Shown in pieces: positions 24,385-36,602 of a stretch of 64,000 nt of DNA (position 1 is its first letter; each line of letters starts with the position of its first letter). The DNA is taken from assembly GCA_001179505.1 (NCBI GenBank), contig CDMY01000249.1, forward strand, positions 84,740-148,739, read 5' to 3'. The position numbers and the translations under genes are program-made. Source of the DNA: Vitrella brassicaformis CCMP3155. Its lineage: Eukaryota > Protista > Chromerida. The notes beneath the pieces were generated by a model. That model searched no databases, was not told the DNA's origin, and worked only from the letters and a program-made list of their open reading frames with translations.

Positions 24385-24589
24385 GACTGCACGAATTCAC
24401 GAGAGACAATTCGCCCGCAAAACACGACGGAAGGCGAGCTTGAAAGGCAAAACCCGAAAAAAGAAGGCGCTACCTTTTCAAGACGCTGGCCACACCCAAG
24501 GCAAGATGGATGCAGAGAGGAGTTTGTGGCCATTTTGCAACGATAGATCTGCTCTGTGTTGTGTCGGTGCCTTCAGGCTGGTTGCAACG

Positions 24590-25777
24590 ATGGTTGAGTT
24601 CGGCAACTTGAAGACGGATGCGGGCATCGCCAAGCTCAACACACAGTGAGGAGGAGGGGCCCTGATCTGTCTGCTGCAGCACACACATCCATTGATCAAG
24701 CGCGTGTGTGGTGGTGTGGTGGTGCATCTCGTGTGCTTGTCTGGCTTGTCTGTCTGTGTGCAGCTTGGAGAAGTGCTCGTACATCACCGGCTTCATCCCG
24801 ACGCAGAATGACGTCACGTGTCTCGGCAAGATGCTGGCGTGCCCCGATGGCAAGAAGTACCCACACGCGGCGCGATGGTACCGACACATTGCCCACTACA
24901 CCCCCGTGAGGCGCAAGATGTTCCCCAAGGGCGAGATGGGCAGCAAGAAACCTGACGATGAAGACGACATCGACCTTTTCGGTCAGCGATAGTGAGGCAG
25001 GCAGGCACACCTACCCGCATCTGTAGCATGGTGTGATTCTGTGTGCGATTGTGTGTGTTCAGGTGAGGAGACTGAGGCCGACAAGGAGGCCGCCAAGAAG
25101 CTGGCGGAGAGCAAGAAGGCCGAGGCAGAGAAGTCCAAGAAGAAGAAGGTGGAGAAGTCGCTCCTGCTCATCGACTGCAAACCCTTCTCGAGCGACACCA
25201 ACCTCGACAAGCTGGCTGAACTGGTCAAGCAGATTAAGATGGAGGGGCTGGAGTGGAAGGAACAGACCAAGAAGGTACGTGCGCCATCGACCATCACATC
25301 CATGTGCATATGTGGGCATATTGGTGTGTGGTTATGCGTGTGCAGATACCCATGGCGTTCGGGCTCAACAAGCTCCAGGTGCGCCGAAAGCTGCGCACCC
25401 CAGAATGGACAGGATAGACAGACAGGCTGACCATTGTGTTTGTGTGTGTGTGTCTGTATGTGTGTCTGTGTGTGTGTGTGTGCAGGTCGGTTGTGTGATC
25501 CAGGACGACTTGGTGTCGACGGATCTGCTGTGCGAGCTGATTGAGAACGTGGGCATGACTGAGGAGCAGATCAAGAAGAGAAAGGAGCTCGAGGAGGCCG
25601 AACACGAGGAAGGCGCGGAGGTACACACACACACACACCACAGAGAGAGAGAAGGGGAGAGAGACTGTCATGTCCCATGCTCTTTTTGCCTGTGTTGCCT
25701 GTGTGTGTTAGGACGAGGACGAAGAAGACCTCGGCCTCGTCCAGTCGGTCGAGATCGCTGCCTTCAACAAGCTCTGA
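24590..25777 (+). CDS. EF1B: Translation elongation factor 1-beta
   Basis: KLNTHLEKCSYITG, HAARWY, DDIDLFG, KSLLLIDCKP, PMAFGLNKLQ, VQSVEIAAFNKL*. Confidence 0.95.
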
Positions 25778-26583
25778 ACGGGCAGCGTGCATGATTTTCC
25801 GGGCGTCCTCGTGCACGCGTCAACGCAAGATTTGAGAGGTGTTTTTCGTGTCGTGCTGTCGTGGGTTGGGTTGCGTATGCATTCAATTCACGACCCCCCG
25901 CTACCCCCTTTATCGATGCATCAGTCTGTGTGGTCGATCGGTGGTTCGTTGGTGACTTTTGTGCCTGCGACCTACATGTGTTGCCCCCTCCCCCCATGTT
26001 GCTCCTCGACTCATTGGTCGCCTGGTCCGACTCCTAGCGCCTTTCTGTCTCGGGGCAGGCAGGGGCTCCGAGCCGGAGACGGCGTGCAGTGAGGCGAAGA
26101 GCGACCTGAGTTCATTCAGCCGTGCCCGTGGCGCCGTGTGGAAGCGAACGATTTTGAAGTATGGTGATGCGTTGCGTGGTCTTGGTCTTGTCGCGTGTGT
26201 GTTATGTGCGTGAACTGGTTCACGCGTTGAAGAGGGGTTCGCGTGCATGTGTCGATCTGTCCCTCCATCCACATGGCCGTACTCAAAAAATGCATGGGAA
26301 CCGCCATTAGACGCACAGACAACAAGACGCGCAGACACACTGCCTTAACGAGAAAATCAGACCCAGTGACAGCGGAAGCGCAGAACCAGAATCATTCGAC
26401 CTGTTGTCTAACCAACCACAGCCACAACTGCAACCACGAGGAACAAAACTGCCGCGCCCCGCCCGCCCGCCCGCCCGCCGGCTCAGTGACTCAGAAGAAC
26501 TTCCAGTCCCTGACGGCCTTCTTAGGCTGCGCCAGGGCAGGCTGCACTTTGCTCTTGCGCGACAACTTAAGAACCGTGTCGCG

Positions 26584-29500
26584 TCACTGGCTCGACTCAT
26601 CCGCCGGCGACTCCTGCACCGCCAGCATCTGAGACACGGGCAGACAGACATTGTGGACATATCGGTGCAACCGACACAGAAATCGAGGACGACTTAGAAA
26701 GTTCTTGTGCACGACTTACGGGCGCTGGCTTGCCTTCTCGACGGACCCTCTCCAGCTCCTCTTTGAGGGACTGAATAGAGACACATACACAGCAGATAGA
26801 GATAGAGCCGGCGATTGAGAAGATGTGTCCTGGTTGGTCACTCACGTCGTTCTCTCTCTGCAGCTTCTCAATGAACTTCTGCAGTGTGGCTTCCCGCAAA
26901 GATGACTCATGCAGCTCATTCTGGAAAGACGCGATGCGGTCCTCCATACCCTTGGCCGCGGCGGCGCCCTCGACGGAGGATGCCTTCATGCCATCGATAT
27001 CGCCTTGCAGTGTCTCGACTCGGCCAGCCAGATCCTTGTTGGCCTTCGACATCTCCTCCTTCTCCGCTGTAAGGGACGCGATGCGGTCCTCCATATCCTT
27101 GGCCGCCGCGGCGCCCTCGACGGAAGACGCCTTCATGCCATCGATATCGCCTTGCAGTGTCTCGACTCGGCCAGCCAGATCCTTGTTGGCCTTCGACAGC
27201 GCCTCGATCGTCATTTTTTCTTCTTCGATCTGCTGAGTCAAGCCACTGATCGTCTTCTGGGTGTCCGCAGCGTCCAGCACCCCTTGTGCTGCAGTCGACC
27301 GCAGTGACGAAACCTCCGCCTCCAAACCCTTCGTTGCCGAATGGGCGCCCGCCAGCTGCTCGTCTACCGTCTGCAAGCAGCAATGACAGACCAATAGGGA
27401 GTGGCTCATGGCCGCTGGACTAGTGATTGGTAATACCTTCCTTTCTGCCCTTAATGTCTCGATTTCCCCCTCCCTCTCAGCCGCGGCTTGCTGCGCACTC
27501 GCCAGTGCGCTCTCCAGTTCCGCGATTGCCTTGGCGTGCTCCTCTAAAGTGGCACTGGCAGCTGTCTGCGCGGCGGATACTTCGGCCTCCAAGCGCGTCT
27601 TGGCAGAGTTTGCCGCCTCAAGATCAGCTGTAAGCTGCTGCTGGGCCTTGTCCTGCTCTACCTGGCTCTCGTAGAGTCGTTTAAGCTCATCTCTCGCCGC
27701 CTGTTGGAAACCAGAATGCTCATTTTTGCGCGCAAAGACGTGAGTGAAGGGGCAACGTGACTCTTACGCTGCTCTGTTGAGTGACAGCGTTCAACTCGGC
27801 CCGCAGCTTGGAGAGCTGCTCCTCTGCCGCCGTGGCTGCCTGCTCGGCTCCCTGACATCAACCAATGCATGATGCCACACAAACGACATGCCATATGAGA
27901 CACGAATACATTTGCAGATAGAGCCTACGTACTTGCTTTTCTGCCTTGAGCGATCGGATGGTCTCGGCGTCTTGTTCGGCCTTCCGGTGCGCCTCGGTCA
28001 CTTGGGCCTCCAGATGCGACACTCGGTTGGATGTAGTGGCCCACTCAATAGACGCCTGGGCATTCGATGCTTGGAGGCCCGACAGCTGTGATTCAAGGGC
28101 GGAGGATGAAGACTTTAGAGACTCGATCGTCGCCGTCAGTTCCTCGTTCTCTTGCTGAAGCTTGCGTGTCGACTCCTGCAGCTTCGTCTTGTCTTCTCCG
28201 ATCGTCTGCAAAGGAAGATATGCATACAGAGCACATGACGGCTGCAGGGTCAAAGCCTTGCGCGCAGCATGTCGTCCCACCGTGATCGTCGTCGTGAGCT
28301 TTTCGATCTCGTCGCTCTTGCTTGTCAGCTGCTCCTTGAGCTTGCCTGCCACCCACTCGCCCTGGTCCAGCAACTGCTGCAGCTCGTCGCGCTGCTTGGC
28401 CAGCTGCTGCGCGGCCTCCGTCTTAGTTGCCAGTTCGTCCTCCATGTTCTTGAGAGAGTCTTGGAGGTCTGGCACACGCGCCGCTTCACTCTCCAGTGAC
28501 CGATTCTTGTCCTCAAGCAGACGCATCTTCTCTTGCAGCTGAATGATGGACCCACAGCACACACACAGCGTCCAGGTGAAAGACCACATTGTCCTGCCAG
28601 GCCGAGTATGACTGCGCCTCTCTTACCTCGGCTGTCTCGGCTGCCAGAGATTCGTCTGCTCTGACAGCCATGTCACTGGCCTGAGGACCGGGGAGAGCAG
28701 AACAGGTGCATGGTGTCTCTCGATCGGTCCAGGGCCCATCCGCGGCCCTTTACTCACCTTCTTCGCCGAATCCAGCTCCGACTTGAGCCTCGCCATCGCA
28801 TCATCCCTCTCTTTGAGCCGCTTCTCCAACTGAGTCCGCGTCTCCTCGCCTTTCTGCAGTTCCATCTCCAGCTCGGCATTGCGCTGCACCAAATCCTCCT
28901 CCAAGTCATCCATCTCGTCAGCAAGACTCATCTCCACCACAGGGGCTGACATGCGGCGCGTGCCACGACGCGAAAAAGAGGCGGACAGAGTGTCGCGCTT
29001 CGAGGAGGAGGCTGGCGATGGAGTGACGGTGGCTTCGCTCTGGATGGCGGCTTCGGCTGCCTGGATGGAGACTGCTGCTGGTGATGGTCGGCCTCTGGGG
29101 CTCTGCAGCACGCCTGGGACGCGAGGCGTCTTGGGGTCCTGGCCTCGCTCCGTCATGAAACCGCTGGAAAGTCGGAACAAATGCGTGATGCTGGACAGAG
29201 AAACTAAGCCATTCACCTGGTCTGTGCCATCTGCGCCTCCATCAGCTTGCTTCGGAGTGTGTCGACCTCAGTGTTGAGGTTGGATGCCTGCGTGCGCTGC
29301 CCCTCCATCAGGTTCTTCAGTTCGCTGAGCTCGCGAAGCCGATCAGCCTGAAGCAAGACGAGGCAAGCAGGGCAGGTCGACCAATGTGTATGTCGTGTGC
29401 AGTGCCACCTACCGCGAGGGCTTCAAGTTGCTGTTTCTGCTGCTGGTCTGCCCTGGACTGGGCCAGCAGGTGGACGTTCTTCTCCATCTCGTCTCTCAGA

Positions 29501-30624
29501 CGCGTCTGACAAGGCAACCGTGATTCATGTCGTCATGCCTTCATAATAGATCCCACGGTGTCTCCCCCACCTCACCTGAGCGTCCGCCTCCTTCCCCCTC
29601 AGCTCGGTGATGAGCGCCTCCAGTGCTTCGATCTGCTCCGACATGTCCTCCTTTCCTTTTTCAAATTCGCTACGCAGCTTCACCTCATCCTCAAACACAC
29701 GTGACTTCCTTCCCCCTGGTCGAAAAGTCCCACGATGAGTAAGGGCACCGGTGGGTGTCACCCTGCCGTCAGAGGCCTTTCCTTGCGAGGCCACATCGCT
29801 GAAGTCCACTGACTTCTCCCTTGCTGATCGGCCGGCGCCGGCTTGCAGGTTGAGAAGGCGTCGGTTCGCCTTTTGCTGAGTCTCGGCCTTCTCCTCGGCC
29901 TCCTTGACTTTCTCTTGAAGCGTGATTTGGCGCTCTGTCTCGATGTCGATCTTGCGCTGCGCTTGCTCTAACTTGTGCTTGAGCTAGTCGACCTGCTCTC
30001 GAAGCTCCCTCTCGATATCATGTAGCCTTGACACATACAAGGTGCAGAGACACACATGGGAGAAGAGTGCACTTGTGTGTGGCCCGCCGCCGGGTGCCCT
30101 CACTCTTGGTTTTCCCGCAGAAGGGACGCGTTGCGCTTCCGCATCTGATGCGCCTGCTGCTGCGCTCTTCGCACCTCTGCCTTGGCCAGAGAGTCCGCGT
30201 GCTCCTCATCGGACGACTCTTCACTGCCATGTGTCTCGAACACCTCCGTGCCACGCTTGTCTCTGGAACGGCGGGAGGTCTCATTAGCGTCCTGATCTAT
30301 GCCGAGGTCCGCCAGCAGAGTGTTCACACGGCCACTGATGTCGCTGGATCGTCGACCTCCTGAGCGTCCAGTGGCGCTTGTTGGCGAGAGGCGGCTAGAG
30401 GGGGTGTCTTGCTGCACGATGTGCTTTTGCAGCCGCAGGTTCTCCTGTTTCAGGCGACGGACTTCGCTGTTGAGTTGCTCGATGGTTGGCGAAAGGTAAG
30501 CGGCGGGGCTCGGCTCCATGTCCGGTTGCGCCGTGGGGGAGGGCGCCCTCGGCAACTCCTCAGGCTCCACCCCCATCTTCTTGTTGTCGACGTTCAGAGA
30601 GTGCGGCTGGGCGGAGGGAAGCAT
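26584..30624 (-). CDS. Long coiled-coil protein of unknown function, multi-exon; one in-frame TAG
   Basis: Successive GT-AG exons rich in E/K/Q/L heptads; TAG at 29984-29986 inside an otherwise open exon. Confidence 0.75.
26928..27198 (-). repeat. Coding tandem duplication, 147-bp period (~1.85 copies)
   Basis: SKANKDLAGRVETLQGDIDGMKASSVEGAAAAK[D/G]MEDRIAS occurs twice; identical anchors at 26928 and 27075. Confidence 0.92.
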
Positions 30625-31174
30625 TGTGGCGGAGGGTGTTTAATGGAGATTGACGGGCCTATGAGAGGATCGTGGAAACCAAGTGGGTTCCTGATGGACG
30701 AGTTGAAGTGGAGACTGCGAGCTCGCCTCGCTCTAACGCGCCTAACTTGCGTCCATCCATTCCACCGTTGTGTCAGCGACACGGCATGAATCTAGGCATG
30801 AATTCATTCGTATTGCTCTCATTCGATAGGCAAGGAAGACAGCAGGCTGTTTATATGTATTGTCAGACAGATATGAGACAAGGCAGCTCACATAGTTCCC
30901 GGACGCCACTTGTGAGGCACAATCAATTCGTACCTTGTTGTGACCTGCCTTCGTACCTTGTATCCGTTCACTCCGTTCTCGACCGGTCTGTCTGGAAGAA
31001 GAGACACACGCACTTCACCCACCCACCAGACTGAGTTCTGCCATTCACCCAGCCAGGCACGCCCCTACTACAATATCACACGTTCTTCCTTCATGTGCCG
31101 CTCTCGCGAAGGCACGACACACAGACTAGAAGGCCCAAGTCATACACCAACCGCACACAGCGCCGAGAACTGAC

Positions 31175-34100
31175 CTACTGCTTGTACTTTTCCATGACCT
31201 TCCTCATGCCCGGTTTCTCCGACGCCAAGTCCCACGGCGTCTTACCCTGACACACGAAAGCGCTCCTCTCGTCCATTCACAAGTCTGTGTGCACTCACTT
31301 CATAGCCTTTGATGTCGAGGAGATTGACTCCGGCCTCAACGCCCCACTCCAACCTGGACTCGCACACAGAGAGGGTGAGGAGAGAGCGGCAAAGTTGATT
31401 TGCGTTATTCATTAGTGTCCCTCACAGCTGGGCCACCGAATCGCCTTTACTGGCCTTGACAGCATCATGCAGCACTGTGTCTCTGAGCTGTGTGTGATGC
31501 TCACAGAGAAAGGCCGTCAACGAATGACCGAGAGATCTAGCTGTTTCTCACATTGGTCTGGTGTGTCAGCATGTTCTGCTTGTCCTGCCCTTTGGCATAC
31601 AGGGCTTTCAGCACGTCAACGTGATAACGCGCTGTGATGAACGGTGTAGTGCCAGTCTGCAGCCCACAGACAGACAGACAGAGACAGACAGATAGACAGA
31701 CAATATCGACACCAGCAAGGCGTCAGAGACACTTGTGTGCTGTAACCTTGTCGCATGCATCGAGCAGTGTGAGATCCCACTCCAGCAGCTTATTGACAGC
31801 CGCGACATGGCCATTGGCGGCAGCCCAGTGCATGGCGGTCCGACCATTCTGTTGCATTGCATCACAACCAACATCTCTTCATTTGAGCTGATGGACATGC
31901 ACCTTGTATGTTTGCTTCAGAATCGACGGCCCATACGCGTCGTACATGAGCGGCATGGCACCGGCCTGACCACGCGATGCAGCGGCAAGGAAGGGTGTGT
32001 CCTACATGCAGCCAACAATGAGAATCTCCCCTTTGAATCCTTTCTTTCGTCTGATTACCCCGTGGTCGTTTCGTTTATCCAGTATTGCTACACCGTGAGT
32101 CTTGATCATTTGGGTGAGAGCCGCACACTCGCCCTTCTTCGCGGCCTTGAACGAGGCCTCGACAACCTCATACTCGTCAGCCTGTCGAGGACAGTCAGGA
32201 ACACACACAGCTTACTCCGAAGGCGCTGCTGCTGCATGGGTCCATCGGGGTGTACGTGTTTGATGTTTGACGGTTGTGGAGACGCCGGTCGGCTGGCTGG
32301 CGCTGAGGGCGAGACCGGCTTGGGTGGGGGCGTGGAAGTCCCCGTCAGCACCTTGAGAAGCTGATGTAGGCAACAACATGCCGTTCGTCCATCCCAAGAT
32401 GATGCGTCTCATTCACCTGTCCCGCTGTGGGCCGATCGTTAGGCTCTAGGGAAGAACATTTCTGGTGATCCATCCATCACACACAGAGACAGGGAGATAA
32501 GGGTTCCCAAAGCGTCGCAGCGTGGCGACGTCCGCTTACTTTGATGACCTCTTTGGCCTGTAGGGGCACAGAGTCGGGGATGTCGGGTGCCTGAGTACAA
32601 AGGCGGTGACAGTGCCTTCAGCTATGGCGGTGACAATGGACAATGCCTCAGCTATGTGCCGTTCTTTATCGCACGTTTTCTTCAGTTGACCTGTCTAAGT
32701 CTTATGAGTTGTTGGAAGAGAACCAGCAGCGAGACGCCATGCAGCTCGAGAATGATGATCCCGAGGGCCCAGATGTCCGCCTTGGTCGTCAGATTCTCAG
32801 CTACCAAAGAGTAAGAAGTTGACAATTCTTTCCTGCTAAATGTCGCTCACCGTTCAACGCAAATGCTTCGGGCGCCATGTAAAGCCTTGTGCCCGCTCCT
32901 GCAGATGCAAGAGTGCACATGGACACGTAGCCTGACTCGCGGCGGCAGCGTGTTCCTCTCATTTGTCTGTCACCGCCTTGAGCCGACGCTGTTCTGTTGA
33001 GGTCAATCACTAGCCCAAAATCGGTAATCTTGATGTCTTCTTCCTTGGTCACCTGCACAATAAAGAAACGGGTGCGAATGGACGTTGCAGTCTTGCAACT
33101 TACAAGTATGTTGCCGGGCTTCAAGTCACGATGTACTATATTCTTGTTGTGAAATGACTGCACGCCCTCACAAATCTATCGGGCGACAGATAAAAGGGTG
33201 CTCTGATTCAGCCCTCTTTGCCCGTATTAGCTACTTACCTGTCTCGCAAACTTGTCGCGGAGATTGGCCGGCAGAGGACCCTTCGTCCTCTCGAGAAATG
33301 ACTGCAGTGAGCCACCCTCGCACAACTCTGAGACACACGAAAGCAACCGCCAGGCAAGAAAAGTCAGAGGGTAACGAGCACATGGACAACCCACCCACCT
33401 GATATGATCATGGGTCCGTAAGTTTCGTGAGAGCAGATGCCTAAAAAGGTGATGACATAGGGATGTTTGAGGGACAGCATCGGCTCCACCTCCTTCAAGA
33501 CGTCATCATAGAGCACCTGTATGAAAAGATCCATCTCTATTCGTCGGTCCGTGGATCGGGTTGCTTTCCCACGTGGATCGGTATGAGTTTCCTGTCCTCC
33601 TCATTGACGACCTTGATAGCCACCGGCTGGTCTTTCCACAGCCCCTTGTACACTGTCCCAAAACCTCCCTTTCCTGGCCCACACACACATTAGCTGACCA
33701 CATCTCGGTATGCGATTGGTCTCGGGCTCACCGAGTCTGTCTGCCTCGCTGAATGTGATGTTTTGCCGATCGATACGCAGGCGGGGAGCCGCCGCCATGA
33801 CGGACTGCTTATCGCCCTTTCTCGTCGTCTACGAACACAAAGCCAAAACAAAGGGGTCGTGTGTGATGATCAGGTGCCCTCTCACGTCGTTGATCTGCGG
33901 TGCCGGTGCCTGTCCTGATATATGCTGGCCAGATGGCACTGACACGCACACAGCATTGGATGCAATGATGTGTCCAGATCAGCATGAAGACAGACAGACC
34001 TGTTTGTTTCTTGTACTTCTCCATGATCTCTCTGATGTCCGACCTCTCCGCCGCCAAATCCCACGGCGTCTTACCCTGCCAAATTCAAAGGAATAGACCA

Positions 34101-34990
34101 TCCAACCGTTCGTCGGGACTTGCCTTCTTGTTCTTGATGCCGAGGAGGGAGACGCCAGCCTCAGCAGCCCACTCGAGCCTGAAGCTCCGTACGCAGACAG
34201 AGAATAAATTCGTCGTGTCATTCCTCTGCGTCTCTTACAGCTTGGCCACCACATCGCCGGGTTTGGAAAGCAAGAGAGCTTGGTGGAGGGCATTTCCACG
34301 ACCCTATTGCATTCCATCAAAGCCAACACGTCTCCTCACCACCAGCAGCACACAGGATGGCGTGTATGTGTCGCTACATTGTCTGTTTGCTGCAGTACGT
34401 CAGGTTTGCTTTCGTACATGACTGACATGACGCCCACGTGACCGCTCTGTGCAGCGTGAAGGAAGGGTGTGAACTGCGCGCAGGAATAACACCACATACA
34501 GGCCGCTGGGTGCATGTCTGTCGGCTTCTTGATTGCATACTCCTATGAAGTCTCGTTTGTCGAGAATGTCCTTGCCGTCTCGCTCGATGAACAAACGGAC
34601 GGACTGCTCATCGCGAGCCTTGACCGCCTCGAAGATATCGGCCTGCACATTAAGAATGCCAAAGTACATTCGACGCTCCCTCAGCCTCCCTGTTGCATGT
34701 ACTTCGTGTGCGTACGTGTTCGGCGTTTGACGGTTGTGGTGACAAAGATGGGGTGCCGGGCGCTGAGGGCGAGACGGGTACTGGGGCTGGCGTCGGGGTA
34801 ACTGCATATGCGGTAAGCCTTAAATTGGTCATCTCATCTGCATTAGTAGCCCACCGAGACTGCTGTTGGGCCGTGGGTCGGGGGTCACTGCCATCGACAG
34901 CACGTCACATGAGGCAATCTGGGTGAGCAGTGGTGGTGGGGTGGTGTGTCACCTGGCCGCGGCCTTTCGTTGGTCAGTTTGTCGAGCAGC
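31175..34990 (-). CDS. Multi-module ankyrin - TKL kinase - Pro linker - ankyrin protein
   Basis: Hand-splicing keeps frame from DIFEAVK ankyrins through a complete kinase (GKGGFG, VAIK, HRDLKPGN, DFG, APE, DIW, RPTAGQ) into LLKVLTGTSTPPPKP... and five more ankyrin repeats ending KYKQ*. Confidence 0.75.
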
Positions 34991-35062
34991 TGCCGCAGAG
35001 CAGCACGTCAGAAGCACAGAGACACAGGAACGTCATCTCTTGAAAGCCTCAGTCAGAGCGCG

Positions 35063-36528
35063 TCACTTCATCTCTTGTGCGCTCGGCCGACTTCTTGGAT
35101 TGAAGGCGAAACAACTCTGGTGGGCCACGTGAACAACGCGACAGGTGCATTCACCATGTACGCAACATTGTGCGTCCGGTGTCTTGCCTGGATGGCCTGC
35201 TTGACATTGACGGGGATTTCTGAGGGGATGGGGGGCGCCTGCATGACACAGGAACACACGCCTGCTAACAGAAGCTTGTCCACACACTTATGCAGCCGCC
35301 ACCTCTCTATTCTCGTATATCTTCCTCGCGATCTCCCTTTTACTGAGGCCAGCGAAAGCCGGAGATGCTACAGATACAAGGGGCCACCAGCCCTCCTGTG
35401 TGCCGTGCTTTCTCTGTGTCTCACTCACCGCCGAATATTTCTGCAAAGATCAATCTGACTGGCCAGATGTCCGACCTGAGCTCCAAGTGGGGCCCTGAGA
35501 GGTGACAGGAATCTCACTAACTGTATGATTATCAATGTCATTCTGCAAGTACTGTCTGCGTAGGCCTCTGGGGGGGCATATAGGGGAGTTCCCGCTGCAG
35601 CCACGCAAGTATGGGTCGCTTTGGGATTAGATCTTTGCGTCTGTTACCGAAGTCATGGACGCTTAGGTACGACCTCTCCTCGGGCATCACCCAAGCCAGA
35701 CCGAAGTCTGAGAGCTTCACATTTCCGTCGTTGTCCAGCTGCACATCAAGCAGAGAAGACACATGGATGTGAACAAATTATGCTACTGCTGCATGTCTCA
35801 GCCACCAGAATATTCTCGGGCTTGAGGTCACGATGGCCGATGCCTTTGCTATGGGCATGGATGAGACCCCCACATATCTGATACACAGAAAAAGCAAAAG
35901 TGATAAACACACGGAATCGCGAACTTTAAGTCCGCCTCACCTGCTTGGCATACTTGTACTGCAGGTGCTCGGGGACTCCTGACTTCCTTCTGCCCAGTTT
36001 CTTGAGAAATTTGTCCAGTGAATCCTCATAGTACTCTGCACGATAGATGGCACCTACCTCTTCAGTTCAGTGTTCAGGTGTATCCTCAGACGTATCTCTC
36101 TTTCTCACCGAGGACGAGAAGGGGAATCTTCGTGTCGTAACACACACCTAGCAGCCTCACGACATGAGGGTGCTTCAAGCGGGCCAGGGCGTCGGCTTCC
36201 TGCAGAACTTTGTCTTTCAGACCCTGCACAATCACACAAAGATCAGCACGAGACCGGGGACGCCCCTGCCGATGGCTATCACCTCTCTGCCGAAGACCTT
36301 CTCGAGTTCTCTTTTCGCCTTCTTGATGGCGACCCTCGTCTCGCCCCACATGGCCTTATACACCTGCAACATGGACATCAGGAGGTGTGTGTCACTGTAT
36401 GACTGACTGCAGCAGTTGTTCTTTCGGCCGACCTCAGCGAACGCACCACCTCCAACGAAGTCCTCTTCATCGTCCCAGTGGAGGTCATGAATTCGTATCG
36501 AGTCTATCTGGACAGAGCCGCGCCTCAT
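35063..36528 (-). CDS. TKL-type protein kinase module, multi-exon
   Basis: VGGGAFAEVY, VAIKK, HRDLKPEN, KLSDFG, GTPLYAPPE, RSDIW, CFAFNPRSRPSAQE. Probably once joined to the module downstream. Confidence 0.8.
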
Positions 36529-36602
36529 CGCTGGAGGCCGGTGAAAGGGGAAAGCGGAAGGGGGGCACGTGGGAACTTGAAGAGATCCTTGGAATAGGGA
36601 AA

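Noticed and set aside
26040-26200. Possible snoRNA/snRNA downstream of EF1B
   Set aside because: Only loose box-like words and no convincing structure; needs an Rfam search.
29984-29986. Ciliate-like TAG-to-Gln code reassignment
   Set aside because: TAG is the normal stop of the MAM33, EEP and RMC1 genes in this window.
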